NCBI GenBank assembly: GCA_963817235.1
Contig: CAWFNS010000002.1
Span: 277,703-341,702, forward strand
Source of the DNA: an uncultured Actinomycetes bacterium
GTDB taxonomy: Bacteria > Actinomycetota > UBA4738 > HRBIN12
Direction of reading: 5' to 3'
DNA: 64,000 nucleotides
Shown here piece after piece: positions 43,704 through 52,318 of the stretch. Every line of letters starts with the position of its first letter. Position 1 is the first letter of the stretch. A program made the translations under genes and the position numbers. The notes below the pieces were generated by a model. It saw nothing but the letters and a program-made list of their open reading frames with translations, did not search any database and had not been told where the DNA came from.

Positions 43704-44379
43704 GGTCCTCGTGCTTGAAGTAGCAGTACACGCTCGCGCCGGCGTCGAGCGCCGGCCGGATCCTGCCCGCCCACGTCGCGAGCTCCTCGTCGGTGTACTC
43801 GGTCTTGCGCAGCCGCAGGTAGCCGACCGGCTCCCACGACAGGTCCTCGGGTCGCGGATCCTTCTCGTCGGTCTCCGCGACGCACCACGCGACGCCGCGC
43901 GCCAGGAGCGTGTCGCGCGCCTCGGCCCACGACGCGTGCCGGAACTCCATCGCGTAGGCCGCGGTGGTCTCCGGCAGGGTGTCGAGGAACGACGTGAGCA
44001 GCTCCGCGTCGTATGCCAGCGTCGGCGGGCACTGGAAGAGCACGCATCCGAGCTTGTCGCCGAGCAGCGCGCCGCGCGTCATGAAGTCGCGCACGTCCTC
44101 GCCGACGTCCTTCAGCTTCTTCCAGTGCGTGATCCGCTGGTTCGCCTTCAGCGTGAACACGAACCCGGGCCGCGCGCGCTCGCGCCAGTTCGTCAGCGTC
44201 TTCTCGGTGGGGAAGCGGCGGAACGTGTAGTTGATCTCCACCGACGACAGCTTCGAGGAGTAGTAGTCGAGCATGTCGTCCTTCTTCAGGTCCTCGGGGT
44301 AGAAGACGCCGTGGCGCCACTCGTCGTAGGCGAACCCTGACGTCCCGAGGTAGAAGCCGCCGCCCATGGCTTGGCCCAT
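43666..44379 (-). CDS. DUF72 domain-containing protein (C-terminus replaced by a 12-aa out-of-frame tail as assembled)
   Basis: GFYLGTSGFAYDEWRHGVFYP, SVEINYTFRRFP, FVFTLKANQRITH, VLFQCPP, MEFRH, YCYFKHED. The ORF then reads RRLPAVAQDRVR* into copy B. Start is at ATG 44379 or 44367 (duplicated). The ORF track extends to GTG 44397. Confidence 0.75.
   Translation of the reverse strand: MGQAMGGGFYLGTSGFAYDEWRHGVFYPEDLKKDDMLDYYSSKLSSVEINYTFRRFPTEKTLTNWRERARPGFVFTLKANQRITHWKKLKDVGEDVRDFMTRGALLGDKLGCVLFQCPPTLAYDAELLTSFLDTLPETTAAYAMEFRHASWAEARDTLLARGVAWCVAETDEKDPRPEDLSWEPVGYLRLRKTEYTDEELATWAGRIRPALDAGASVYCYFKHEDRRLPAVAQDRVR
43705..43721. repeat. right copy of 17-bp perfect direct repeat GTCCTCGTGCTTGAAGT
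   Basis: Identical to 39334-39350. On the minus strand it encodes ..FKHED, the last normal residues of the DUF72 body. Confidence 0.85.
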
Positions 44380-44385
44380 GGCTTG
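44362..44385. repeat. 2 x 12-bp perfect tandem duplication (GCCCATGGCTTG) spanning the DUF72 start codon
   Basis: Units at 44362-44373 and 44374-44385. On the minus strand it gives ..QAMGQAMG.. with two in-frame ATGs. Confidence 0.85.
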
Positions 44386-44387
44386 GG

Positions 44388-45045
44388 ATGATGGCACGCA
44401 TGGAACGCTTCGAGGTGACGACGCCGAAGGGTCCCGTGTCGGCCGCGTGGCATCCCGCGGACGGTCCCGCCATCGTCGTCGGCCACGGGGCCGGCGCCGG
44501 GATGGACCATCCGTTCCTCGTCGGGTTCGCGGAAGCCGTTGCGGCCGAGGGGGTCTCCGCGCTGCGCTTCAACTTCCCGTACATGGAGGCAGGCCGGAAG
44601 AGCCCCGACGCGCCCGCCAACGCGATCGCGGCGTTCCGGGCGGCGTTCGACGCGGCCTCGGCGCGCGCCGCCGGCCGGCCGGTGTTCGGCGGCGGCAAGA
44701 GCTACGGCGGTCGGATCGCGTCGATGGCCGCCGCCGACGGCATGCCGGCCGCCGGCCTGGTGTTCCTCGGGTATCCGCTGCATGCGCCGGGCAAGCCCAC
44801 CCAGGTCCGCGACGCGCACCTGCTGGACCTCGCAGATCCCGATGCTCTTCCTCCAGGGCACGAAGGACCCCTTCGCCGATCCGACGGTCCTGGCCGCGAC
44901 GCTGCGCAAGCTCGGCGACCGCGCGACGTACGTGCCGTTCGAGGGCGCCGGGCACTCGCTCGAACGCTCACGGAAGGACGATGCGCGCGCCGCCGGCGCC
45001 TCGGCCGCCCCGTACGCGGCGGCGTTCATCAAGGAGCACGGCTGA
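44388..45045 (+). CDS. alpha/beta hydrolase (KANL3/Tex30-like, dienelactone-hydrolase fold), one frame hop as assembled
   Basis: VVGHGAGAGMDHPF, GGKSYGGR (GxSxG). After a +1 hop near 44835: IPMLFLQGTKDPF, FEGAGHS. Start is one of ATG 44388/44391/44400. Confidence 0.7.
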
Positions 45046-45335
45046 TGCCGCGGAAGAACCGGCGCGCGCCGCTCGAGCAGGGACCCTCGGCGGCGCACCA
45101 GCCGCGCTCCGCGCCGCCGCCGTGGGCGATCGTCGACGGGTACGACGTGCGCCAGGTGACCGGCCAGAAGGAGTACCGGTGTCCGGGCTGTGACCACGTG
45201 ATCCGGCCGGGGTCGTGGCACCTCGTCGTGGTCCCGATCGGGGAGGCGGACGAGCGCCGGCATTGGCACATCGCCTGCTGGCGCTCGGAGCTTCGGCGGC
45301 TCGGCGTGCTCCGCCGGTCGGTGGACGACGCGTAG
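45045..45335 (+). CDS. small conserved hypothetical protein with CPGC...H..H...C putative zinc site
   Basis: The ATG overlaps the hydrolase stop by 1 nt (TGATG). 96 aa. YRCPGCDHVIRPGSWHLVVVP..RRHWHIACW. Function unknown. Confidence 0.5.
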   Translation: MPRKNRRAPLEQGPSAAHQPRSAPPPWAIVDGYDVRQVTGQKEYRCPGCDHVIRPGSWHLVVVPIGEADERRHWHIACWRSELRRLGVLRRSVDDA

Positions 45336-45375
45336 GCGGGACCCTCGGGCCTTCCGCCGGCGGGCGACACCGTCA

Positions 45376-45381
45376 TACACT
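45376..45381 (+). promoter_or_regulatory. candidate -10 hexamer (TACACT) of a leaderless transcript
   Basis: 6 nt upstream of GTG 45388, with no SD. Confidence 0.35.
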
Positions 45382-45387
45382 GCGGCC

Positions 45388-45753
45388 GTGGCCTATCCGG
45401 TGCGTGCACGGATGTGGCGCTCGGGCGGGCGCTGGTACGCGCTCGTGCTCGACGCGCCGATGTACGTCGAGGTCACGGGCACGTCGAAACGCTCGTGCCT
45501 GGAGGAGCTCCGAACCGCGATCGGCGACGACGTCGTGTTGACGGTGGAGGTGGTCCCCGACCTGGTCGGCGTCGCCGAGGCCGCGGAGATCATGGCGTGG
45601 GACAAGCGGCGCGTGATCACGTACATCGATCGCGGCCACTTCCCCGAACCGATCTCGTGGCTCGCCGCGGGACGCGTGTGGCTGCGTGAGGACGTCGAGG
45701 CCTACGCCGAGGATTGGCGCGCGCGCCACCCGAACGCGAAGGGCGTCGGATGA
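45388..45753 (+). CDS. HTH DNA-binding protein (excisionase/MerR-like HTH) with HicB-like N-terminal half
   Basis: N-terminus: YALVLDAPMYVEVTGTSKRSCLEELRTAI. C-terminus: VGVAEAAEIMAWDKRRVITYIDRGHFPEP..GRVWLREDVEAY. The domain calls rest on resemblance only. Confidence 0.45.
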   Translation: MAYPVRARMWRSGGRWYALVLDAPMYVEVTGTSKRSCLEELRTAIGDDVVLTVEVVPDLVGVAEAAEIMAWDKRRVITYIDRGHFPEPISWLAAGRVWLREDVEAYAEDWRARHPNAKGVG

Positions 45754-46403
45754 GCGACACCGAACGGCGCCTCTACCTGATCCGTCACGGCAAGGCCGAC
45801 CACCGGTCGCGCGGTCAGGCGCAGACGGCCCTGGGGCCGGTCGCGGATCCGCCGCTCGACGAGACCGGTCGCGAGCAGGCCGCCATCCTGTCGCGCCGTC
45901 TGCGGAAGATGCCCCAGCCGGCGGCGATCTACTGCTCGACGCTGACCCGAGCCCGCGAGACGATCGCGCCCTACGTCGAGGCCACCGGCGCGACCGTGAC
46001 CTACCGTGAGGACCTCGTCGAGTGGTTCGGCGGCGACTGGGAGTTCAAGGAGTTCGAGGAGCTCCTCGTCGAGCATCCCGAGATCCCGCAGCGGATCCTG
46101 CTCCAGGACCCGCTCTTCTTCCTGGCGCCGGGCGGCGAGCCCTTCGACGCGTTCCAGCGACGCGTCGTCGACGCGATCGAAGGGGCGCTGGCGGCGCATC
46201 CCGCGGGCGACGTGTGGGTGGTGTGCCACGGCGGCGTGATCAACGCCTACCTCCAGCGCATCCTGGACGTCCGCGGCCAGGAGATGTTCTTCCTGCCGCC
46301 GAACACGAGTCTCAACACCGTGAAGGTGATCGGATCGCGGCGCCTGCTCTGGTTCCTGGCCGACGACACGCACGTCACCGCGCCCGAGCTGTTCCCCGAC
46401 TGA
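45750..46403 (+). CDS. histidine phosphatase family protein (phosphoglycerate-mutase-like)
   Basis: The ATG overlaps the upstream stop (ATGA). LYLIRHGKA (RHG motif), TLTRARETI, VVCHGGVI. Confidence 0.8.
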   Translation: MSDTERRLYLIRHGKADHRSRGQAQTALGPVADPPLDETGREQAAILSRRLRKMPQPAAIYCSTLTRARETIAPYVEATGATVTYREDLVEWFGGDWEFKEFEELLVEHPEIPQRILLQDPLFFLAPGGEPFDAFQRRVVDAIEGALAAHPAGDVWVVCHGGVINAYLQRILDVRGQEMFFLPPNTSLNTVKVIGSRRLLWFLADDTHVTAPELFPD

Positions 46404-46482
46404 GCCTCCCGGCGCACGCGGCCGTTCCCGGTAAGGTGGCGGTCCCCCAAGGTCCTCAGGTCCCCAGTCGTAAGGAGCCATC

Positions 46483-46866
46483 GTGAGCATGAAGTTCCTC
46501 TCTCCGGAATGGGTCGACGCGTTGAAGGCGGCGGTGAACGGCGGCCCCGACTTCAAGCAGGCAGCGGCGAACCAGTCGGCCCGGATCCAGCAGGTGATCA
46601 GCACCTCGGACGGGGAGACGCGCTACTGGACCACGATCGATGCCGGCACGATCGACATGGGGATCGGCGACCTCGAGCATCCCGACGCGACGATCAACCA
46701 GAGCTACGACACGGCCGTCGCCCTGGCCCGTCGCGAGCTGTCCCCGGTCACCGCGTTCATGATGGGCAAGATCAAGGTGGACGGGAACATGGGTCTGCTG
46801 CTGGGCCTCGCCGGCGCGCTCGGCAAGCTGGCCGACGCGATGGCCGCGCTCGACGTCGAGTACTAG
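46483..46866 (+). CDS. SCP2 sterol-binding domain protein
   Basis: AAGGAG SD. FLSPEWVDALKAAVN and FMMGKIKVDGNMGLLLGL are typical of SCP2/alkyl-sulfatase C-terminal domains. Confidence 0.7.
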   Translation: MSMKFLSPEWVDALKAAVNGGPDFKQAAANQSARIQQVISTSDGETRYWTTIDAGTIDMGIGDLEHPDATINQSYDTAVALARRELSPVTAFMMGKIKVDGNMGLLLGLAGALGKLADAMAALDVEY

Positions 46867-47282
46867 GCGCGCGGCGCCGTCACGCTGTACGTCCCGGAGC
46901 CCTTCGCCAACAGCCGTTCGCTGCCGTCGAGCACGTCGGCCTCCGCGAAGGCGATCTGTCGCCCGACGCGCACCACGCGACCGACGGCGTGCACGTCGCC
47001 CGGCGAGGCCGGGCGCACGTAGTGCACGCCGAGTTCGATCGTCACGTGCCGGCGTCCCGGTTCGATCGCGGTCCGGACGGCGAGGCCCATCGCGACGTCG
47101 GCCAGCGTCGCGAGCACGCCGCCGTGCACCAGCCCTTGGAGGTTGAGGTGCTCTTCCTTCGCGCTCCATCCGAGCCGGACCATGCCGGCGGCGGCGTCCT
47201 CGACGGTCAGACCGAACCCGCGATGGAACGGTGAGTCGTCGACCCGCCGTCGCAGATCGTCGAGGATCGATGCGTCGGACAT
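46863..47282 (-). CDS. PaaI family (hotdog-fold) thioesterase
   Basis: NLQGLVHGGVLATLADVAMG and a C-terminal beta-sheet. Its 3' end overlaps the convergent SCP2 gene by 4 nt. Confidence 0.8.
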   Translation of the reverse strand: MSDASILDDLRRRVDDSPFHRGFGLTVEDAAAGMVRLGWSAKEEHLNLQGLVHGGVLATLADVAMGLAVRTAIEPGRRHVTIELGVHYVRPASPGDVHAVGRVVRVGRQIAFAEADVLDGSERLLAKGSGTYSVTAPRA

Positions 47283-47427
47283 CCTCAGGCCCTCCCGAGC
47301 GCGTAGTTTGCCATGGGGATGGTCCCGCGGGTTTGACGGCCCCGAGGTCCGAACCCGACAATCCCGGGCGAGCCGAGTCCGGGGCCCGGCGTGTCACGCC
47401 AGAGGATCGAACAGAGGGAGGGTGTGC

Positions 47428-48540
47428 ATGTCCAGATGGCTCCGGGCCGTCGCGGTGCCGCTCGTCGTGTTCAGCATCGCGGCGGCGTGTTCGAAGAGCT
47501 CCACCACCACGGGGGCCGCGGGGAGCGGCAGCCCGGGGTGCACGTCGGACCTGAAGGTCGGCCTGGCGCTGGACGTCGGCGGGCTCGGTGACAAGGGGTT
47601 CAACGACCTCGCGTACGCCGGCCTGAACAAGGCGATCGCCGACGGCATCATCTGCAAGGAGAACACGAAGTACGTCGAGGCCAACTCCGAGGGCTCGAAC
47701 CTGGACCAGGAGGTCCAGTCCCTGATCGACGGCGGGTACAACCTGATCATCGGCACGGGCTTCGCGTTCACGGACAGCGGCAAGATCAACGAGATCGCGC
47801 CGAACTATCCCGACGTCAACTTCGGCATCATCGACGGCTTCGCGACGTGCGGCACCGCCTGCGGGCTCCCGAACGACGCGGACAAGATCCCGAACGTCGT
47901 GGACCTGACCTTCAAGGAGCAGGAAGGCTCCTACCTGGTGGGCGTCGCCGCGGCGCTCGAGGCGAAGAAGCTGAACTGCAACAACGTCGGCTTCCTGGGC
48001 GGCCAGACCGGCCCGCTGATCGGGAAGTTCGAGGCCGGGTACACCGCCGGCGTCCAGGCGATCGACAAGAACATGAAGGTGCAGGTCGAGTACATCGGTG
48101 ACTCGACGAAGGCCTTCGACGACCCGATCCAGGGCGAGGCGCTGTCGAACAAGATGTACGACAACGGCGCCTGCGTGATCTACCACGCCGCCGGCAACTC
48201 GGGGAACGGCCTGTTCAAGGCGGCGGCCGCGCAGCAGAAGATCGCGATCGGCGTCGACTCCGACCAGTACAACGTCGTCGCTCCCGATCTGCAGAAGTGG
48301 ATCCTCACGTCGATGATCAAGCGCGTCGACACGGCCACGTACGACACGATCAAGGCCGCGGCCGACGGGACGTTCAAGGGTGGGATCGACAAGGTCTTCG
48401 ACCTGAAGAGCGAAGGCATCAGCTACTCGACCTCGAACACCGCGCTGATGACGCAGGACATCATCGACCAGGTCGAGGCGTACAAGACGAAGATCCTGAA
48501 CGGCACGATCGTTCCGCCGGACACCCCGCAAGGGAGCTGA
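47428..48540 (+). CDS. BMP family (PnrA/Med-like) ABC transporter substrate-binding lipoprotein
   Basis: AGGGAGG SD. Lipobox FSIAAAC. VGLALDVGGLGDKGFND, GFLGG, IGVDSDQ. Confidence 0.85.
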   Translation: MSRWLRAVAVPLVVFSIAAACSKSSTTTGAAGSGSPGCTSDLKVGLALDVGGLGDKGFNDLAYAGLNKAIADGIICKENTKYVEANSEGSNLDQEVQSLIDGGYNLIIGTGFAFTDSGKINEIAPNYPDVNFGIIDGFATCGTACGLPNDADKIPNVVDLTFKEQEGSYLVGVAAALEAKKLNCNNVGFLGGQTGPLIGKFEAGYTAGVQAIDKNMKVQVEYIGDSTKAFDDPIQGEALSNKMYDNGACVIYHAAGNSGNGLFKAAAAQQKIAIGVDSDQYNVVAPDLQKWILTSMIKRVDTATYDTIKAAADGTFKGGIDKVFDLKSEGISYSTSNTALMTQDIIDQVEAYKTKILNGTIVPPDTPQGS

Positions 48541-48623
48541 CCATCGACGGATCGGCGCGCACGGCGCCGGGCGACGCATCGGGCGAAGGGGCGGGGGGCG
48601 CGAGCACCCCGCCCCTCGTCGTG

Positions 48624-50105
48624 ATGCGGGGCATCACGAAGCGGTTCCCCGGCGTCGTCGCGAACGACGACGTCTCGCTCGAGCTCCGCGCCGGCGAGGT
48701 GCACGCGCTGGTGGGTGAGAACGGCGCCGGCAAGTCCACCCTGATGCGGATCCTCTACGGGATGTATCCCCACGAGGAAGGCTCGATCGAGGTCCGCGGA
48801 CAGGCCGTCAGGATCCACTCGCCGAGGGACGCGATCGCGCTGGGGATCGGGATGGTCCACCAGCATTTCGTGCTCGTGGACCCGTTCACCGTGGCGGAGA
48901 ACGTCATCCTCGGCCAGGAAGGTGGACCGATCGTCCGCGCCGACGAGGCGAACCGGAAGGTCACGGAGCTGGCCGAGGCCTACGGCTTCCAGATCGATCC
49001 CGCGGCAGCGGTCGAGTCGCTCTCCGTCGGGGAGGAGCAGCGTGTCGAGATCCTGAAGGCGCTCTACCGGGGCGTCGACATCCTCATCCTCGACGAGCCG
49101 ACGGCCGTGCTGACGCCGACCGAGGCGGAGGCACTGTTCGAGAACCTGCGGCGGCTCCGGGACAGCGGCAAGTCGATCGTGTTCATCAGCCACAAGCTCG
49201 ACGAGGTCCTGGAGATCGCCGATCGGATCACCGTGCTCCGGCGCGGCAAGGTGGTCGGCGAGACGACGCCGTCGGCGACGTCGAAGGCGCAGCTGGCCGA
49301 GATGATGGTCGGCCGCCCGGTGCTGTTCCGGCTCGAGAAACCGGCGACGCGGATCGGCGAGCCGGTGCTGCACCTCGAGGGCGTGCACGCCGGGCGGCTC
49401 CACGGGCTGGATCTCGAGGTTCGCGCCGGGGAGATCGTCGGCGTCGCCGGCGTGGAGGGCAACGGGCAACGCGATCTCGCGGACGCGATCATGGGGCTGC
49501 GGCCCGTGGAGTCGGGCCAGATCCTCCTGGACGACCGCGATCTGACCTCGATGGACACGGCGGAGATCCGCCGCGCGGGGACCGCGTTCGTGCCCGAGGA
49601 CCGCCAGGAACAGGGCCTGGTGCTCAACATGAGCCTGTGGGAGAACGCCCTCCTCGGCCGACAGGCGGAGCCCGAGTACTCCGGCCGCGGTGGGGTCCTG
49701 TCGATCGGGAAGATCAAGCATCTCGCCGAGGGGCTCATCGCGAACTACGACGTCCGCGCGCGGAACATCGACACGACCGCGCGCACGCTCTCCGGCGGGA
49801 ACCAGCAGAAGCTCATCCTCGCGCGCGAGCTGGACGGCGACCCGAAGCTGCTCCTGGCCGCGCAGCCGACGCGCGGCCTCGACGTCGGCGCGATCGAGTT
49901 CGTGTGGCGGCAGATCCTGGACCAGAAGGCCGCCGGCCGCGCGGTGCTCCTGATCTCCGCCGAGCTGGACGAGATCTACGCCCTGTCCGACCGGATCGTC
50001 ACGTTGTTCGAGGGCAGGATCACCGCCGAGTACCCGCCCGACGCACCGCCGGAAGAGGTCGGCCGGGGGATGCTCGGCGACGTGGACGTGGCGGAGGCCG
50101 GCTGA
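48624..50105 (+). CDS. ABC transporter ATP-binding protein with duplicated ABC domains (nucleoside/sugar importer type)
   Basis: GENGAGKST, LSVGEEQRVEILKAL, ILILDEPT; second half LSGGNQQK, LLLAAQPTRGLD. Start is ATG 48624 or GTG 48621 (no other start codon after the upstream stop). Confidence 0.85.
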   Translation: MRGITKRFPGVVANDDVSLELRAGEVHALVGENGAGKSTLMRILYGMYPHEEGSIEVRGQAVRIHSPRDAIALGIGMVHQHFVLVDPFTVAENVILGQEGGPIVRADEANRKVTELAEAYGFQIDPAAAVESLSVGEEQRVEILKALYRGVDILILDEPTAVLTPTEAEALFENLRRLRDSGKSIVFISHKLDEVLEIADRITVLRRGKVVGETTPSATSKAQLAEMMVGRPVLFRLEKPATRIGEPVLHLEGVHAGRLHGLDLEVRAGEIVGVAGVEGNGQRDLADAIMGLRPVESGQILLDDRDLTSMDTAEIRRAGTAFVPEDRQEQGLVLNMSLWENALLGRQAEPEYSGRGGVLSIGKIKHLAEGLIANYDVRARNIDTTARTLSGGNQQKLILARELDGDPKLLLAAQPTRGLDVGAIEFVWRQILDQKAAGRAVLLISAELDEIYALSDRIVTLFEGRITAEYPPDAPPEEVGRGMLGDVDVAEAG

Positions 50106-51306
50106 TGGCCGCCACCGGGGTCTCCATGCCGACCGACGTGGAACGCGAGCGGCCCGGAGTGGGTGGAGAACCTGGCCGGGCAGGCGCTCGCGCTCATCGT
50201 CGCGCTCCTGATCGCGTTGCTGCTCGGCTCGTTGATCATCTTCGCCTACGGCGAGAGTCCCGCCACCGTCTACGGCGCGATCTTCCACTTCGGGTTCGGG
50301 AGCAAGGACGGGTTCGGCTACGTCCTGACCGAGGCGACACCGCTGATCTTCTCGGCGCTCGCCGTCGCCGTGTGCTTCAAGGGCGGCATGTTCAACATCG
50401 GCGTCGAGGGTCAATACCTCGTCGGCATGGTCACCGCGTCGTGGGCGGCGCTGAAGCTCGACTTCCTGCCGGGACCGTTGCTGATGTGGACGGCGATCCT
50501 GTTCGGCATGCTCGGCGGGATCGCGTTCGCGCTCGTGCCGGCGATCCTGAAGGTGAAGACCGGCGCGCACGAGGTCGTCACCACGATCATGATGAACGGC
50601 ATCGCGGTGTCCCTCGTCGCGTGGGCGATCAACGGCCCGCTGAAGTTCACGACGCAGGAGGGCATCCACAACGTCAACCTGCGCACCGACCCGTTCAAGG
50701 CGAACGCACGGATCCCCGATCTGGGCCACGTGTTCGGGATCCGCTCCGCGGTGCATCTGTCGTGGCTGTTCATCGGCGCCCTCGTCGTGGCGGCCCTCAT
50801 CTGGTTCGTGTTGAAACGGATGCGGCTGGGCTACGAGGCCCGCGCCGTCGGCGCGTCGGCGGGCTCGGCCCGGGCGGGCGGCATCTCGATCGGGAACGTC
50901 CAGATCCAGCTGTTCATCCTCTCGGGCGCGCTCGCCGGCCTCGTCGGCATGCAGCAGCTCCTGGCGGACAAGAACTACCTGCCGATCGGCTACGAGGCGG
51001 CGCTCGGCTTCACGGGGATCGCCGTGGCGTTCCTGGGTCAGAACAGCGCCCCGGGCATCGTGTTCGCGGCGATCCTGTGGGGGGTCCTCGCTCGCGGCGA
51101 GACGGCCGTGCAGATCCAGACCGACGTGCCCCGAGAGTTCGTGATCATCCTGCAGGGGATCCTCATCATCTCCGTCGTCGTCACGTACCAGCTGGCGAAA
51201 CGGCGGCTCCTGGCGCGGCAGCTGCAGCGCGCGGCCTCGACCGAGGACTTCGAGGACTCCGCAGCCACCCTGGATACCGAAGCGCATCGCGCAGGAGGAC
51301 CGCTAG
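50105..51306 (+). CDS. ABC transporter permease (BMP-type importer, first subunit), frame hops at both ends as assembled
   Basis: ATG 50105 overlaps the ATPase stop. MAATGVSMPTDVERERP then a +1 hop (extra g at about 50156) to WVENLAGQALALIVALL... with about 9 helices. The only nearby stop (TAG 51304-51306) is one more +1 hop away. Confidence 0.7.
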
Positions 51307-52314
51307 ATGCTCGCGGCCGTCGACGCCGGCAGCCTGCGCTTCGGGGACATCGGCGCCGCCGTCGGCATCGCGTTCACCTACTTCACGATCATCTACCTGA
51401 CCGGCCTCGGCGGCCTGTTCAGCGAGCGCTCCGGCATCGTGAACATCGGCCTCGAGGGCATGATGATCATCGGCACCGTCACCGGCTCGTGGGGCGCGCA
51501 CCACTTCACGCTGCCGGCACCGGAGGGGCTCGGGTGGGGGCTCCCGTGGGGTCCGATCATGGGCCTGTTGATCGGGATGCTCGCCGGGGCGATCTTCGCG
51601 TCGATCCACGCGCTCGTGACCGTGACCTTCCGCGTCGACCAGATCGTGTCGGGCGTCGTGATCAACCTGGTCGCGATCGGCATCGCACGGTTCCTGTCCA
51701 CGATCTTCTTCGGACAGGCGACGCAGTCCGATCCGGGACAGCCGCATCTCAACCCGATCAACATCCCGCTGCTGGCGAGGATCCCCTGGGGGTTCGGACG
51801 CGCGTTCCAACAGCTCTCGCCGATGGTCGTCGTCGCGGCGCTGCTGGTCGTACCGGTGTGGTATGCCCTGTACCGGACGCGGTGGGGCTTGCGGCTGCGA
51901 TCGTGCGGGGAGAACCCGGAGGCCGCCCGGTCGCTGGGCGTGCGGGTGGCACCGCTGCGCTACGAGGGCGTGCTGCTCTCCGGCGCGCTCGCGGGGCTCG
52001 CCGGCGCCTACCTCTCGGTCGAGGTCACGAACAGCTGGGGCGAGGGGCAAACGCAGGGGCTCGGGTTCATCGCGCTCGCGGCGTTGATCCTGTCGAACTG
52101 GGACCCGATCCGGCTCATGCTCGCCGCGTTCATCTTCGGCTTCGCGCAGGCGATCCCGCTCCGCTTGATGGACGCGCCCGTGCTCCGGCTGATCCCCGAT
52201 CCGTTCGTGCGGATGACGCCGTACGTCGTGACGATCGTGGTGCTCGCGGGGTTCGTCGGGAAGGTCCGACCGCCGGCCGCCGCCGGGAGGGCCTACGAGG
52301 GCGGCACCACGTAG
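51307..52314 (+). CDS. ABC transporter permease (BMP-type importer, second subunit)
   Basis: AGGAGGA SD. Intact 335-aa ORF. FSERSGIVNIGLEGMM, ENPEAARSLGV, multi-helix. Confidence 0.85.
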   Translation: MLAAVDAGSLRFGDIGAAVGIAFTYFTIIYLTGLGGLFSERSGIVNIGLEGMMIIGTVTGSWGAHHFTLPAPEGLGWGLPWGPIMGLLIGMLAGAIFASIHALVTVTFRVDQIVSGVVINLVAIGIARFLSTIFFGQATQSDPGQPHLNPINIPLLARIPWGFGRAFQQLSPMVVVAALLVVPVWYALYRTRWGLRLRSCGENPEAARSLGVRVAPLRYEGVLLSGALAGLAGAYLSVEVTNSWGEGQTQGLGFIALAALILSNWDPIRLMLAAFIFGFAQAIPLRLMDAPVLRLIPDPFVRMTPYVVTIVVLAGFVGKVRPPAAAGRAYEGGTT

Positions 52315-52318
52315 CGAT

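Larger units (their letters stand above)
39351..43704. other. inserted 4.35-kb segment (efflux cassette islet) between the direct repeats; no mobility genes
   Basis: Bounded by the 17-bp repeats. Deleting it plus one repeat copy rejoins the DUF72 body to its 3' fragment and terminator. Contents: adaptor, ATPase, permease, small Gly-rich protein, a 240-bp non-coding tail and a diverged DUF72 3' copy. Confidence 0.45.

Noticed and set aside
39351-43704. Calling the efflux cassette a transposon, IS element or integrative element.
   Set aside because: I found no transposase, integrase or relaxase ORF in any frame, and no terminal inverted repeats when comparing the two inner ends. Only the direct repeat and the duplicated target 3' end support mobility. 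I therefore labelled it an inserted segment, and an assembly mis-join remains a live alternative.
47283-47427. Possible riboswitch or leader RNA upstream of the BMP-type nucleoside transporter operon.
   Set aside because: The 145-nt leader is GC-rich with some pairing potential. However, I could not recognise any known riboswitch core (purine, PRPP, ZTP, guanidine) by eye. The evidence is insufficient to report it.
48423-51287. Very long ORFs antisense to, or extending, real genes. Examples: the 954-aa minus ORF 48423-51287 opposite the ABC importer genes, 651 aa at 5474-7429, 647 aa at 12611-14554 opposite argG/argH, 739 aa at 28143-30362, and 537 aa at 644-2257 running through the MarR gene.
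   Set aside because: Their translations are Arg/Ala/Pro/Gly-rich low-complexity strings with no motifs. They overlap genes with strong family signatures on the other strand or frame. Stop-poor alternative frames are expected at this GC content.
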